Below the pieces are notes generated by a model, which was not told where the DNA came from, did not search any database, and saw only the letters and a program-made list of their open reading frames with translations. The position numbers were made by a program, and so were the translations under genes. A DNA stretch of 64,000 nt, taken from an uncultured Spirochaetota bacterium (GTDB taxonomy: Bacteria > Spirochaetota > Spirochaetia > SZUA-6 > CAVTHK01). The stretch is from the NCBI GenBank assembly GCA_963734495.1, contig CAVTHK010000011.1:608001-672000 (forward strand). The letters run 5' to 3'. Positions 28,797 to 38,294 of the stretch are shown piece by piece. Position 1 is the first letter of the stretch, and each line of letters starts with the position of its first letter.

Positions 28797-31031
28797 CCGT
28801 CGCTCCGACGCCATCCGCTCGATCAGGGGCACGGGGGCGAAGCGTTCGCCGAATCGGTCGGCATACTCGCGCAAGCGTGTCCCGGACGCGAATGATTCCG
28901 AGCTCGTCCGCGTAGCGCAGCAGGCCTCCCCTGAATGGCGGGAACCCGGTCCCGAGGATGAGCGCGAGGTCCAGCTCCTGCGTCGATGACACGATCCCTT
29001 CGTCCAGTGTCCGCGCCGCTTCGTTTACCATGCAAAGGAGGGGCCGCTGCACAATGTCCTGCTGCGACAGCTCCGGCCGCCGCGCGCCTCCATGGGATAC
29101 GCCCGAGGCCGCGGCGAGAATATCCTTCATCTGCGGGTTGGGGACGGTGCGCCTCGAGCCGTGGAGCGAGCCATCGAGCGAGCCATCGAGCGAGCCGTGC
29201 CCGAGCCGTGGAGATAGAAGCCCCTGCCGGTCTTCTTCCCCAGAAGATCCTTCCTCCCGGCCAGCGCGCCGAAGAGCCCGGCGAGCTCCATCCGGCTGCC
29301 GTAAGCCGCGCTCAGCACGCGGCCCACCTCGCGCGCGATGTCTATTCCGATCTCGTCCAGCAGCCGGAAGGGTCCCATGGGCATCCCGAAATCCGAGAGG
29401 AGCCTGTCCACCGCGAGGTAGCTGCACCCCTCGTCCGCGAGGCGCAGGCACTCGTTGAGGTACGGCACCAGCAACCTGTTGACCAGGAAGCCCGGGCAAT
29501 CGCGGACCACGATCGGCGTCTTGCCCAGCGCCACCGCGGCTGCGCACAGCGCGGCGACGGTCTGAGGGCTCGTGCGCGCGCCGGGGACAACCTCCACCAG
29601 CGGCATGATGTTGGGGGGATTGAAGAAGTGCATGCCCGCGAAGCGCTCCGGCCTTCGCAGCGCGCCCGCCATCTCCGTTATCGAGAGCGATGAGGTGTTG
29701 CTCGCGATGAGGGCATCCTCCGCCACCTCCTGCTCCACTTCGGCGAGCACCTTCCTCTTGACCACGGGACTTTCCACGACCGCCTCGACAACGAGCTCGG
29801 GGCTGCCGAGGCCGCGGTAGTCCACCGCGCCGGAGAGCCGGTGCATCTTGAGGTTGATCTCGCGGTCGTCGAAGCGCCGGCGCTTCCTGAGCTCCTGGTA
29901 GACCGCAAAGGCGGCCCCGTAGCCCTTGCGCACCGCCTCCCATTCAACGTCCTTCATCACCACGGGGATGTCGTAGCGCGTGAACAGCCAGGCGATCCTC
30001 CCGCCCATCACGCCGGCGCCGAGCACCGCCGCGCGCGAGACCCTCCGCGGACGCTCTCCAGCCGGAACCAGCGAAGCCCGCTTCGCCGCCTCGCGCGCGA
30101 AGAAGATGCGGATGAGGTTCCTGGCCACGGCCGTGGGGATGAGCCGGCTCACGGCCTCGCGCTCCACGGCCAGCGCTCTTGTCCGGCCTGCCCGCGTTGT
30201 GCGCCGGAGAACGCGCAGCGCCTCACGCAGCGCCGGGTAGTGCCTGCCTTCGCCTCGCTCGGCCTGCTTTCGCGCCGCGCGGAAGAGCAGGACGCGGCCG
30301 ACCGGTGTTCCCTCTGCCAGCCGGCGGGAGAGCGGTCGCCTGCGGCGGCGCGCGGCAGGCCGGCCCCGGGTTTTCACCGCCCGCTGCACGAACTCCGCGG
30401 TCTTTTCCTCCGCAAAAGCGGCGGGATAGCAGGCGTCGGCGAGGCCGGCCTTCTCCGCGTGCGGTCCGTCGAGCGGCCTGCCGGACAGGATCATCTGCAC
30501 GGCGCGAGCGAGGCCGACAGTCCTCGGCAGCCGGTACGTCCCGCCGAAGCCCGGGATGATCCCGAAGCCGGTCTCCGGAAGGCCCAGGCTCGTGCGCGGG
30601 TCGTCCGTCACGATGCGGTAGTCGCACGCGAGGGCCAGCTCGAGACCTCCTCCGAGCGCCGGCCCGTCGATCAGCGCTACAGTGGGAAACGGGAGATCTT
30701 CGAGCAGGTTGAGCACCTCCTGCCCCGCGCGGGATTTCTCGGCCGCCGTCGGGCCGTCGGTAATCGCTCCGATCTCGTTGAGGTCGGCCCCGGCTATGAA
30801 GCTCCCCGGTTTGCCGCTCTTCACGACGAGGCAGCGGATGTCCGTCCTGACCGCGACGGCGGAGAGGACGCTCCGGAGCTCCTCCATCACGCACTCGCGC
30901 AGCATGTTGAGCTTCTCGCCCGGCAGGTCCAGGGTGAGCTCCCCGACTCCGTCGCGGACCGTGAGCGCGAGGCTCGAAGCGAGCGCCTGCCGGCTGTCGG
31001 GCGGCCGCGCCTGTGAAAGGGCCTGGCTCAT
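28776..31031 (-). CDS. fadB: Fatty-acid oxidation multifunctional enzyme (enoyl-CoA hydratase / 3-hydroxyacyl-CoA DH), frameshifts near 29200 and 28872
   Basis: [59 protein letters not shown] coupling to the thiolase. Confidence 0.9.
29155..29213. repeat. 12-bp coding VNTR in fadB (5 units, one of 11 bp)
   Basis: CGAGCCGTGGAG / CGAGCCATCGAG x2 / CGAGCCGTGCC / CGAGCCGTGGAG, encoding LHGS/LDGS repeats. Confidence 0.85.
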
Positions 31032-32320
31032 CAGGCGGCCTCCAGGAGCAGGGCGGCGCCCTGTCCGCCGCCAACGCACAGCGTGGCCAGCCCCGTGTTC
31101 CTGTTCAGGCGCCTGAGCTCCCGCAGGGTGTGGATCACGAGACGGGTGCCCGTCATCCCCACCGGGTGGCCGAGAGCGATCGCCCCGCCGGTGAGGTTCA
31201 TCCGCTCGCGGTCGAGCTCCCCGAGCCTGCGCTCCTTGCCCAGGAACTCCCGCGCGAAGGCATCCGAGCCGAAGGCGATCTCGCAGGCGATGACCTGAGC
31301 GGCGAAGGCCTCGTTGATCTCCACGTACTCGATGTCCTTGATCGATGCCCCGGTCCGGTCCAGCAGGAGGCTCGTGGAGTAAACCGGTCCCAGCCCCATG
31401 CGCCGGGGTTCCAGCGACGCGTACGCGAACTCCCGCAGGTAGCCCAGCGGCTGGATCCCGCGCGCCCTGGCGTCGCTCTCGGACATGAGCAGCACAGCGG
31501 CAGCGCCGTCGGTGATCTGCGAAGAGTTGCCGACCGTGACCGTCCCGTTGCGCCTGTCGAAATACGGCTTGAGCCTGGCCAGCGCCTCCGGAGTCTGGTT
31601 CTGCCGGGGGCCGTTGTCCTCGGTCGCAATGGCGTCGAACCGCGGGTACGTCGGGACCGGGACGATCTCGTCGCGCAGCGTGCCGTCCCGCTGGCCGGCG
31701 ACCGCACGCCTGTGGCTCAGAAGGGCGAACGCGTCCTGTTCCTCCCGCCGGATGTGGAACTCGCGCGCGAGTATCTCGGCGGTCATCCCCATGATCATGC
31801 CGCTCACCGGATCGGTGAGGCCCTGGGTCAGGGCCACCTGCGGGCGAAGCATGCCCGGCCGGAAGCCGAGGAGCGCCCTGGCCTTTTCCCTTGCGCCCTT
31901 GGCCCTGGCCAGCCGGCCCGCGAAATCCGCATACGCCTTCGGGAACAGGAGCGGGATCCCGCTCATGCTCTCCACGCCTCCGGCGATAAAGACCTTGCCG
32001 TAGCCGGCGAGGATCTTGACCGCGGCCGTGGTGATCGACTCCATTCCGCTGGCGCAATTCCTGTGCACCGTCACGGCCGGAACCCGCTCGGGTATGCCCG
32101 CCTTGAGCGCGATGACGCGCGCGACGTTCGCCGCATGCGCCGGCTGCGCCACGTTGCCGATGATCACTTCGTCGATCTGGTCCGCCGCGATCCGCGTGCG
32201 GTTGACGATCTCGCGCACGACCATCGCCCCCAGGTCGTCTGCGGGAGTGTCCCTGAACAGGGTTCCCGCCTTGGCCATCGGGGTGCGCACCCCGTCGACA
32301 ATCGCGATCCGCTCCTTCAT
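31031..32320 (-). CDS. fadA: 3-ketoacyl-CoA thiolase
   Basis: RNCASG, GGVESMS, NSSQITDGAA, EINEAFA, GGAIALGHP, LCVGGG. Confidence 0.94.
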   Translation of the reverse strand: MKERIAIVDGVRTPMAKAGTLFRDTPADDLGAMVVREIVNRTRIAADQIDEVIIGNVAQPAHAANVARVIALKAGIPERVPAVTVHRNCASGMESITTAAVKILAGYGKVFIAGGVESMSGIPLLFPKAYADFAGRLARAKGAREKARALLGFRPGMLRPQVALTQGLTDPVSGMIMGMTAEILAREFHIRREEQDAFALLSHRRAVAGQRDGTLRDEIVPVPTYPRFDAIATEDNGPRQNQTPEALARLKPYFDRRNGTVTVGNSSQITDGAAAVLLMSESDARARGIQPLGYLREFAYASLEPRRMGLGPVYSTSLLLDRTGASIKDIEYVEINEAFAAQVIACEIAFGSDAFAREFLGKERRLGELDRERMNLTGGAIALGHPVGMTGTRLVIHTLRELRRLNRNTGLATLCVGGGQGAALLLEAA

Positions 32321-34137
32321 TTCCACCCCCCGATGGAGCGGTACATCCCCTCGATGAGGCCGCTGTACTGCCGTTCGATGACGAACCTCCTCGGCTTGAG
32401 CGTCTGGGTCAGCTCTCCCGTCTCCACTTCGGCCGGGTGATCGAGGATGGCGAAGCGCTCAACCCGCTCGCAGTGGTGCAGGTGCGCGTTGATCCCGTCC
32501 ACGTATTCCTGCGTCTTCTGCCTCAGGAAATCGCTGCCGAGAAACTCGGCGTCGCTCATGTCCGCCAGGCCGAACCTCTTCTTGAACGCCGGCATCTTCT
32601 GGAGGTCAGGGAAGAGGAGGGCGACCACGTACGGCCGTCCATCGGCGACGATCACGGCGGAATCCACGAACGGAATGCCTGAGAGAGCGAACTCGATGGG
32701 TCCGGGGGGCACGTACTCCCCCGTGGACTTCTTGAACATCTCCTTCTTCCTGCCCTCGATCCGCAGGAAGCCCTCATCGTCCAGAGAGCCGAGGTCGCCC
32801 GTGCGCAGCCATCCGTCCGGAGTGAGGACTTCGGCCGTGAGGTCGCGGCTGTTGTGATACCCCCGCATGACATTGGGCCCTCGCGCCAGGATTTCCCCGT
32901 CCTCGGCGATCCTGACCTCGACGCTGGGGAAGAGCGCTCCCACGGTGCCCAGCTTCCGCCGGCCGGGGTAGTTGGCTGCGATCACCGGCGCGGCCTCCGT
33001 GAGGCCGTACCCTTCGTAGATAGGGACACCGATGTTCACGAGGAGGCGGGCGACCTCAGGTTGGAGCTTCGACGAGCCGCAGATGACGGACCGGAGTCGC
33101 CCTCCCAGGGCTGCGGTCATGCGGGGATACACCATCCGGCGGTACAGCGCGTCCAGGAGGCGCGGCGGGCTCTCCGGGTCTTTGCGCGCGGCCCGCGAAA
33201 GCGCCGCGCGGGCAAGAAGACGCCGCGCTCCGGTGGAGCTTTCGACCGCCTCGCCGATGCGCGCAGCGACCTTCTCCAGGATCCGCGGGACGACCGTCAG
33301 GACCGTGGGTCGAACCGCCCGCATGTACTCCGCGAGTCTCTTGGGATCGTCCACGAAATAGACGTGCAGCCCGCTCGCCATGTAGAAGTAGCAGACCATC
33401 CTCTCGAACACGTGGGCGAGAGGAAGGCCTGAGAGGCAGACGTCGTGTCCCGACTCCATGGGGAACCGGACCGCGGCGTCCTCGACCTGGGAGACGAGGC
33501 TCTCCTGGGTGAGCTCGACGCCCTTTGGCAAACCCATGCTTCCGCTGGTGTAGATGATGGTGGCCAGGTCTGAGGGGGAAACCGTCCGGCACAGCGTGTC
33601 GAACAGCCCGGGGTCCTCCTTGTCCCGGGCCTCGCCTCTCTGCAGAATCTCGTCGAAGGCCTGGTGGGTCCCCGAATACCAGAAGCTGATGAGCTTGACC
33701 AGGCTGCCGGCATGCTCGAAGGCCATCGGCATCTCTTCCGGGTTGCCCACGAACAGGAAGCGCATGCCGGAGTCCCTGATTTCGTGCGTGAAGCTCTCCA
33801 CGGAGATCCTGGTGAAGATCGGCACCGTGACGCCGCCCGCGATCTGGATGGCGAGGTCCACCATCAGCCACAACGGCGACGACGGCGCGATGAGGCCGAC
33901 GGATTCGCCCCTGCCAATCCCGAGGTCCCGCAGCCCGAGAGCAAGCCGTCTTACGATCTCGCTCAAGCGGGCGTGCGAATAGGTGATCCAGTCCCCGCCG
34001 CGAGGGTAGCTCAGGGCGTCTTGAAGCCCGTAAGTCGAAATAGCGTAGCTGAACAGCTCGGGCAGGGTGCTGAAAGGGAACCTTTTTGCCTGCGGCCTCT
34101 GCGTGCTCAGCGCAGCGCCCCTGAGAGCCACTTCCAT
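32317..34137 (-). CDS. fadD: Long-chain fatty-acid-CoA ligase
   Basis: IIYTSGSMGLPKG, LPLAHVFER, YEGYGLTE, WLRTGDLG, GELT.TLK. Confidence 0.92.
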   Translation of the reverse strand: MEVALRGAALSTQRPQAKRFPFSTLPELFSYAISTYGLQDALSYPRGGDWITYSHARLSEIVRRLALGLRDLGIGRGESVGLIAPSSPLWLMVDLAIQIAGGVTVPIFTRISVESFTHEIRDSGMRFLFVGNPEEMPMAFEHAGSLVKLISFWYSGTHQAFDEILQRGEARDKEDPGLFDTLCRTVSPSDLATIIYTSGSMGLPKGVELTQESLVSQVEDAAVRFPMESGHDVCLSGLPLAHVFERMVCYFYMASGLHVYFVDDPKRLAEYMRAVRPTVLTVVPRILEKVAARIGEAVESSTGARRLLARAALSRAARKDPESPPRLLDALYRRMVYPRMTAALGGRLRSVICGSSKLQPEVARLLVNIGVPIYEGYGLTEAAPVIAANYPGRRKLGTVGALFPSVEVRIAEDGEILARGPNVMRGYHNSRDLTAEVLTPDGWLRTGDLGSLDDEGFLRIEGRKKEMFKKSTGEYVPPGPIEFALSGIPFVDSAVIVADGRPYVVALLFPDLQKMPAFKKRFGLADMSDAEFLGSDFLRQKTQEYVDGINAHLHHCERVERFAILDHPAEVETGELTQTLKPRRFVIERQYSGLIEGMYRSIGGWK

Positions 34138-34198
34138 GGATGCGCCTCTCGAGGCAAAGTTACCCTTCGGCCCGGCCGGAGGCAAACAAAACGCCTGT

Positions 34199-34418
34199 GC
34201 GAGTACGCCGGGTCAACGTTACGGGCAAGGACGGCTGCGATCCGCGCGGGAACCCCGGAGGCGCGAGGCCTCCGGGGTTCCCGGCGAAGCGGACGCATCG
34301 GTCGGCGTGAGGCACCGGCGGCGTGGGCCGGCGGCACTGGCAGGCGCGCGCGGCCACAGCTCGGCGAGTACGCCGGGTCAGGGCACCCGGCGAGTACGCC
34401 GGGTCAAGGCACCCGGCG
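34199..34418. repeat. REP-like palindromic repeats (CCCGGCG-AGTA-CGCCGGG)
   Basis: 26-bp tandem units at 34362-34387 and 34388-34413, plus a partial copy at 34199-34216. Confidence 0.75.
34247..34283. terminator. Perfect 16-bp stem-loop downstream of the Lpl-type operon
   Basis: CGGGAACCCCGGAGGC-GCGAG-GCCTCCGGGGTTCCCG; no U-tract. Confidence 0.55.
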
Positions 34419-34431
34419 GACCGCGCCCGGC

Positions 34432-35940
34432 CTACTTCGGGACGACCTTGTTCGGGTCCTTGGCGTACAGCTCGTTCAGCTCCTTGGTCACCTGGTCGCC
34501 GCCGGCTGCCTTCCAGTCATCGAGCGCCTTCTGCCACCCGGCCTTGTCGATCTGGCCCATGACGTACTTGATCCGCGCGTCCGTGACGATCTTGGTGAGG
34601 TCCGCGCGGCGCTCGTTCCACGTGTTGGAGATATAGGACGCGGCCGGGTTCGGCACGATCTTGTCTTGCACCGCGGCCTTGGCCTCGCGGTAAGCCATGA
34701 TGGCCGGGTCGAGCTGGCCCTTCATCGCGCGCGAGCCGTCGGAGATCTGCAGGCACTGCTGCGGCTGGATCACTTCGAGGCTGTACTTGTCCTGCTGCTC
34801 CCTGGTGCGCACGGCCTGGCCGTCCTTGACCGTGTAGTGGACCCCCTCGAGGCCCCACTCGAAGATGTTGGCTCCGGCCGGCTCAGAGAGCTTGTCGAAG
34901 AACGTCAGGATGCGCTTGAGCTCGGCCTCGCTCTTGACCGCGGTCTTCGCGAACACGAACTCGCCGGTGTAGCCGTTGTCCATCAGGATCCGAACGTTGC
35001 CCTTGGCGCTCGTGAGCGTCGACGTCACCGCCAGCTTGGCCTTGGGGTTCAGCCTGTAGAGCTGGGCCTGGCGGGTGATCTGGTCGGGGTCGCCCATGCG
35101 GACGCCGATCTTGCCCTTGTCCATGTTGTCGATCTGCATCGGCCGCGTGGACAGCGGGATGTCCTGGTTCATGAGCTTCTCGGCGAAGATCCTGCGGTAG
35201 AAGTCCATGGCGTCCATCCAGGCCTTGCTGAACATCGTCGAGACCAGCTTTCCGTCGACGACGTCCCACGTCTGCCCGCCGCCGGTGGCCGCGAGAATGA
35301 AGTTGAACCCGCGCATCCCCGACTCCTCGGCGAAGCCGATGGTGTTGTTCTGGCCGTCCTTGTCGGGGTCGTTCAGGGTAAACGCCCGCAGCATGGCGTA
35401 CACGTCGTCCAGGGTCTGGGGCGGCTTCATGCCGAGGTTTTCGACCCAGTCCAGGCGGTACACCATCCCGTCGCCCACCAGGGCGCGGCTGCGGAACAGG
35501 GTGTAGGTCTTGCCGTCCAGCGACAGGTTCTTCTGGACGAACTTGTTCTGGGCCTGCTCGATGTTCGGGTAGCTCTTGAGATAGGGCGTGAGCTCCCAGA
35601 AGTAGCCCGACTGCATCGCGGCCACGAGCGAGGCGGGCCGTGTCTGCACGAGGGTGACCATCGGCAGGTTCCCCGCCGCGATCACGGCGTTCAGCTTGTC
35701 GGTGTAGACGTTGCCTCCGGGGAACCACTGGATCTCCAGCTTCGTGTTCGTCAGCTTCTCCACGGCCTGGATGATCGGGTCATCGGGCTTGGTGGGCTCG
35801 GCGAGGATGCTCTGGTTCATCATGGTGATGACCGCGGGCTTCCCCCCGGCGGCGCCCGCGCTCTCCGGGCTCCCGGTGGCGAGCGCCAGGGCGGCGGGCA
35901 GCAGCACGAGGACCAGCATGACTCTTGCGAAACGCGACAT
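34432..35940 (-). CDS. Family-1 ABC sugar-binding protein (LplA/aldouronate-type)
   Basis: YRLDW.ENLG..PP.T.DD.Y..L.AF...DPD..G; WGLEG.HY; next to Lpl-type permeases. Confidence 0.88.
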   Translation of the reverse strand: MSRFARVMLVLVLLPAALALATGSPESAGAAGGKPAVITMMNQSILAEPTKPDDPIIQAVEKLTNTKLEIQWFPGGNVYTDKLNAVIAAGNLPMVTLVQTRPASLVAAMQSGYFWELTPYLKSYPNIEQAQNKFVQKNLSLDGKTYTLFRSRALVGDGMVYRLDWVENLGMKPPQTLDDVYAMLRAFTLNDPDKDGQNNTIGFAEESGMRGFNFILAATGGGQTWDVVDGKLVSTMFSKAWMDAMDFYRRIFAEKLMNQDIPLSTRPMQIDNMDKGKIGVRMGDPDQITRQAQLYRLNPKAKLAVTSTLTSAKGNVRILMDNGYTGEFVFAKTAVKSEAELKRILTFFDKLSEPAGANIFEWGLEGVHYTVKDGQAVRTREQQDKYSLEVIQPQQCLQISDGSRAMKGQLDPAIMAYREAKAAVQDKIVPNPAASYISNTWNERRADLTKIVTDARIKYVMGQIDKAGWQKALDDWKAAGGDQVTKELNELYAKDPNKVVPK

Positions 35941-36143
35941 GGATCACTCCTTTCGAGCGAACGGGAACGTGTTCATCGGGCGCCGCGGCCTCCGGTGCGG
36001 CCGGCGTGCGCCGATCCTTGCCTCAGAACGAACTGCACCTCCTTGCCTTCGATCGGCCGCGGTCTGACCACGGTCTGCCGCGGCCTGACACGCCGTACCG
36101 GCGTGGACAACGGGCGGCCGAACGTCCGGCCGCCCGCCGCATC

Positions 36144-37025
36144 CTATCCCTTGATCGATCCGACCAGAGCTCCTTTGACAAAGTGCTTCTGGAGGAACGG
36201 GTAAACGCACAGGATCGGCAGGGTCGCGATCACGATGACCGTCATCTTGATGATCTGCGACGGCGGGACGACGTAGGTCGAGTCGAAGAACGTCGAATCC
36301 CCGATCCCGCCGAACGACAGGATGACGATCTGCCTCAGCCAGACCTGCACCGGCCACATGCGGTTGTTGTCGATGTAGAGCACCGCGTGAAAGAACGCGT
36401 TCCAGTGGCCGACGGCGTAGAACAGCGTGAAGCTGGCCAGCATCGGCAGGGAAAGAGGCAGCACCACCAGTCCCAGGATCCTCAGGTCGTTGCACCCCTC
36501 CATCTTGGCCGCCTCTTCCAGGCTTTCCGGGATCTGCTGGAAGAAGTTCTTCATGACCACGAGGTAGAACGCGCTGATCGCGTTCGGGATCACGAGAGCC
36601 CAGAACGTGTTCAAGAGCCCGACCATCTTGACGACGAGGAAGGTCGGGATCATGCCTCCGCTGAACAGCATGGTGAACGTCACCAGCAGCAGGAGCACGC
36701 GCCGGCCGTCGAGGTCCCGCTTCGACAGGGGATAGGCCGTCAGCGAGGTGAACAGCAGGTTGATCGCCGTGCCGACCACGGTCACGAGGACCGTCACCCC
36801 GAGGCTGTGGATCAGCGTGTCGCTCGCGAACACGTACTGGTAGCCGGCAAGGGAGATCTTCCTGGGGATGAGGACCACGCCCCTGGTCAGCATCTCCTGC
36901 GGCGAAGTCAGCGAGCCCCCGATGATGTAGACAAAGGGCAGCAGGGCGCACGCCGCGAACGCGAAGAGGAACGTGTAGTTGAAGAGGTCGAACGCGCGGC
37001 TGGCTGCTGATCTGTCCCTCGGCAT
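36144..37025 (-). CDS. Carbohydrate ABC permease (LplC-like)
   Basis: TMLFSGGMIP, LEEAAKMEG, LFYAVGHWN, YPFLQKHFVKG...GSIKG. Confidence 0.93.
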   Translation of the reverse strand: MPRDRSAASRAFDLFNYTFLFAFAACALLPFVYIIGGSLTSPQEMLTRGVVLIPRKISLAGYQYVFASDTLIHSLGVTVLVTVVGTAINLLFTSLTAYPLSKRDLDGRRVLLLLVTFTMLFSGGMIPTFLVVKMVGLLNTFWALVIPNAISAFYLVVMKNFFQQIPESLEEAAKMEGCNDLRILGLVVLPLSLPMLASFTLFYAVGHWNAFFHAVLYIDNNRMWPVQVWLRQIVILSFGGIGDSTFFDSTYVVPPSQIIKMTVIVIATLPILCVYPFLQKHFVKGALVGSIKG

Positions 37026-37043
37026 TTCGGTCGCACCCCCGGA

Positions 37044-38012
37044 CTAATAGATGCCCTCTTCGCCCGCCCTCTTGGCGAAGGAGTTGGCGAGCAGGACGAG
37101 CGTGATCCCCACCACGGACTTGAACAGGTTCGCGGCCGTGGCGTAGCTGAAGTTGCCCTGCTGGATGCCGCTGATGTACACGAACGTGTCGAACACGTTC
37201 CCCGTCTCCTCGTTCATCGGGTTCAGCATCAGGAAGATCTGCTCGAAGCCGGAATCGAGAAAGCTCCCGAGCCGCAGGATGAGCAGGATGACGATCATGC
37301 TCCTGATCCCCGGAAGCGTGACGTGCCAGGTCTGGGGCCACCTCCCCGCCCCGTCGATGCGGGCGGCCTCGTAGAGCTGCGGATCGATCGCCGTGAGGGC
37401 CGCGAGGAACAGGATCGTTCCCCAGCCCGTCTCCTTCCAGATCACCTGGCTCACGACCATGGGGCGGAACCACTCGGGGCTCAGGAGGAAATTGATCTTC
37501 TCCCGTCCGGCCTGCACCAGGAGGTTGTTGACGATGCCGCCGTCGGGGGTGAACAGGATGTACGCTATTCCGACGACGACGACCCACGAGATGAAGTGGG
37601 GGATGTAGATGAGCGTCTGTATGAGGCGCTTGTAGACGTCGCTGCGCAGCTCGTTGAGCATGAGCGAGATGATGATGGGGAGCGGAAAGAAGAACAGGAG
37701 ATTGTACACCGCCAGGATGAGGGTGTTACGGAAGACCGTGAGGAAGGCCGGGGCGTGGAGGAAGCGGACGAAGTGCGCGAGGCCCACCCACTTGCTCCCC
37801 AGGAAGCCGGCAAACGGGGAGTAGTCCTTGAAGGCGATCATCACCCCCCACATGGGGAGGTACTTGAAGATCGCGAAATAGGCCATCCCCGGCAGCACCA
37901 TCAGGTAGAGCCAGCGGTTCTTCAGGGCGCGTCGCACCCGCAACCCGAGCCCCTGGTGCGGGCCGTGATCGGGGGCTTTGTCCGAGGCGGCGAACGTAAG
38001 CCTGCTATCCAT
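37044..38012 (-). CDS. Carbohydrate ABC permease (LplB-like)
   Basis: FKYLPMWG..IAFKDY, PHFISWVVV, WKETGWGTI, LYEAARIDGA. Confidence 0.93.
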   Translation of the reverse strand: MDSRLTFAASDKAPDHGPHQGLGLRVRRALKNRWLYLMVLPGMAYFAIFKYLPMWGVMIAFKDYSPFAGFLGSKWVGLAHFVRFLHAPAFLTVFRNTLILAVYNLLFFFPLPIIISLMLNELRSDVYKRLIQTLIYIPHFISWVVVVGIAYILFTPDGGIVNNLLVQAGREKINFLLSPEWFRPMVVSQVIWKETGWGTILFLAALTAIDPQLYEAARIDGAGRWPQTWHVTLPGIRSMIVILLILRLGSFLDSGFEQIFLMLNPMNEETGNVFDTFVYISGIQQGNFSYATAANLFKSVVGITLVLLANSFAKRAGEEGIY

Positions 38013-38056
38013 CACGCGACCACGTAGAAGAACCGGTGCTTGGGGGCGCCGCAGAC

Positions 38057-38084
38057 ACTCTACTCCCGGCGGGTGGTTTGTCAA
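38057..38084 (-). promoter_or_regulatory. Putative sigma70 promoter of the Lpl-type operon
   Basis: TTGACA-N16-TAGAGT. Confidence 0.5.
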
Positions 38085-38294
38085 GGCGGGCGGCGACCCG
38101 GCGTGCCCCGGCGTGCCCGGCGAGGGGGGCGAGGGCCTTCTCTAGCGGCGGGTTCGCCCGCGGCGGACGCTGCGCGCGAGGCGAGGCGGCCGCCCCGCCC
38201 GCCGTCCCCGGCCGTCGCAGGCGGTTGACGATGGCCGCCCTTTCGAGCGACCCTTTCATTGCCGGAGAGGCGAAGCTCCGGCGAGGAGGCTTCC

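Noticed and set aside
29127-32057. 976-aa ORF as an extended FadB, and similar giant ORFs (22744..24921, 25943..28915, 59872..63555)
   Set aside because: The extensions are off-frame read-through of neighbouring genes, which is common at this GC content.
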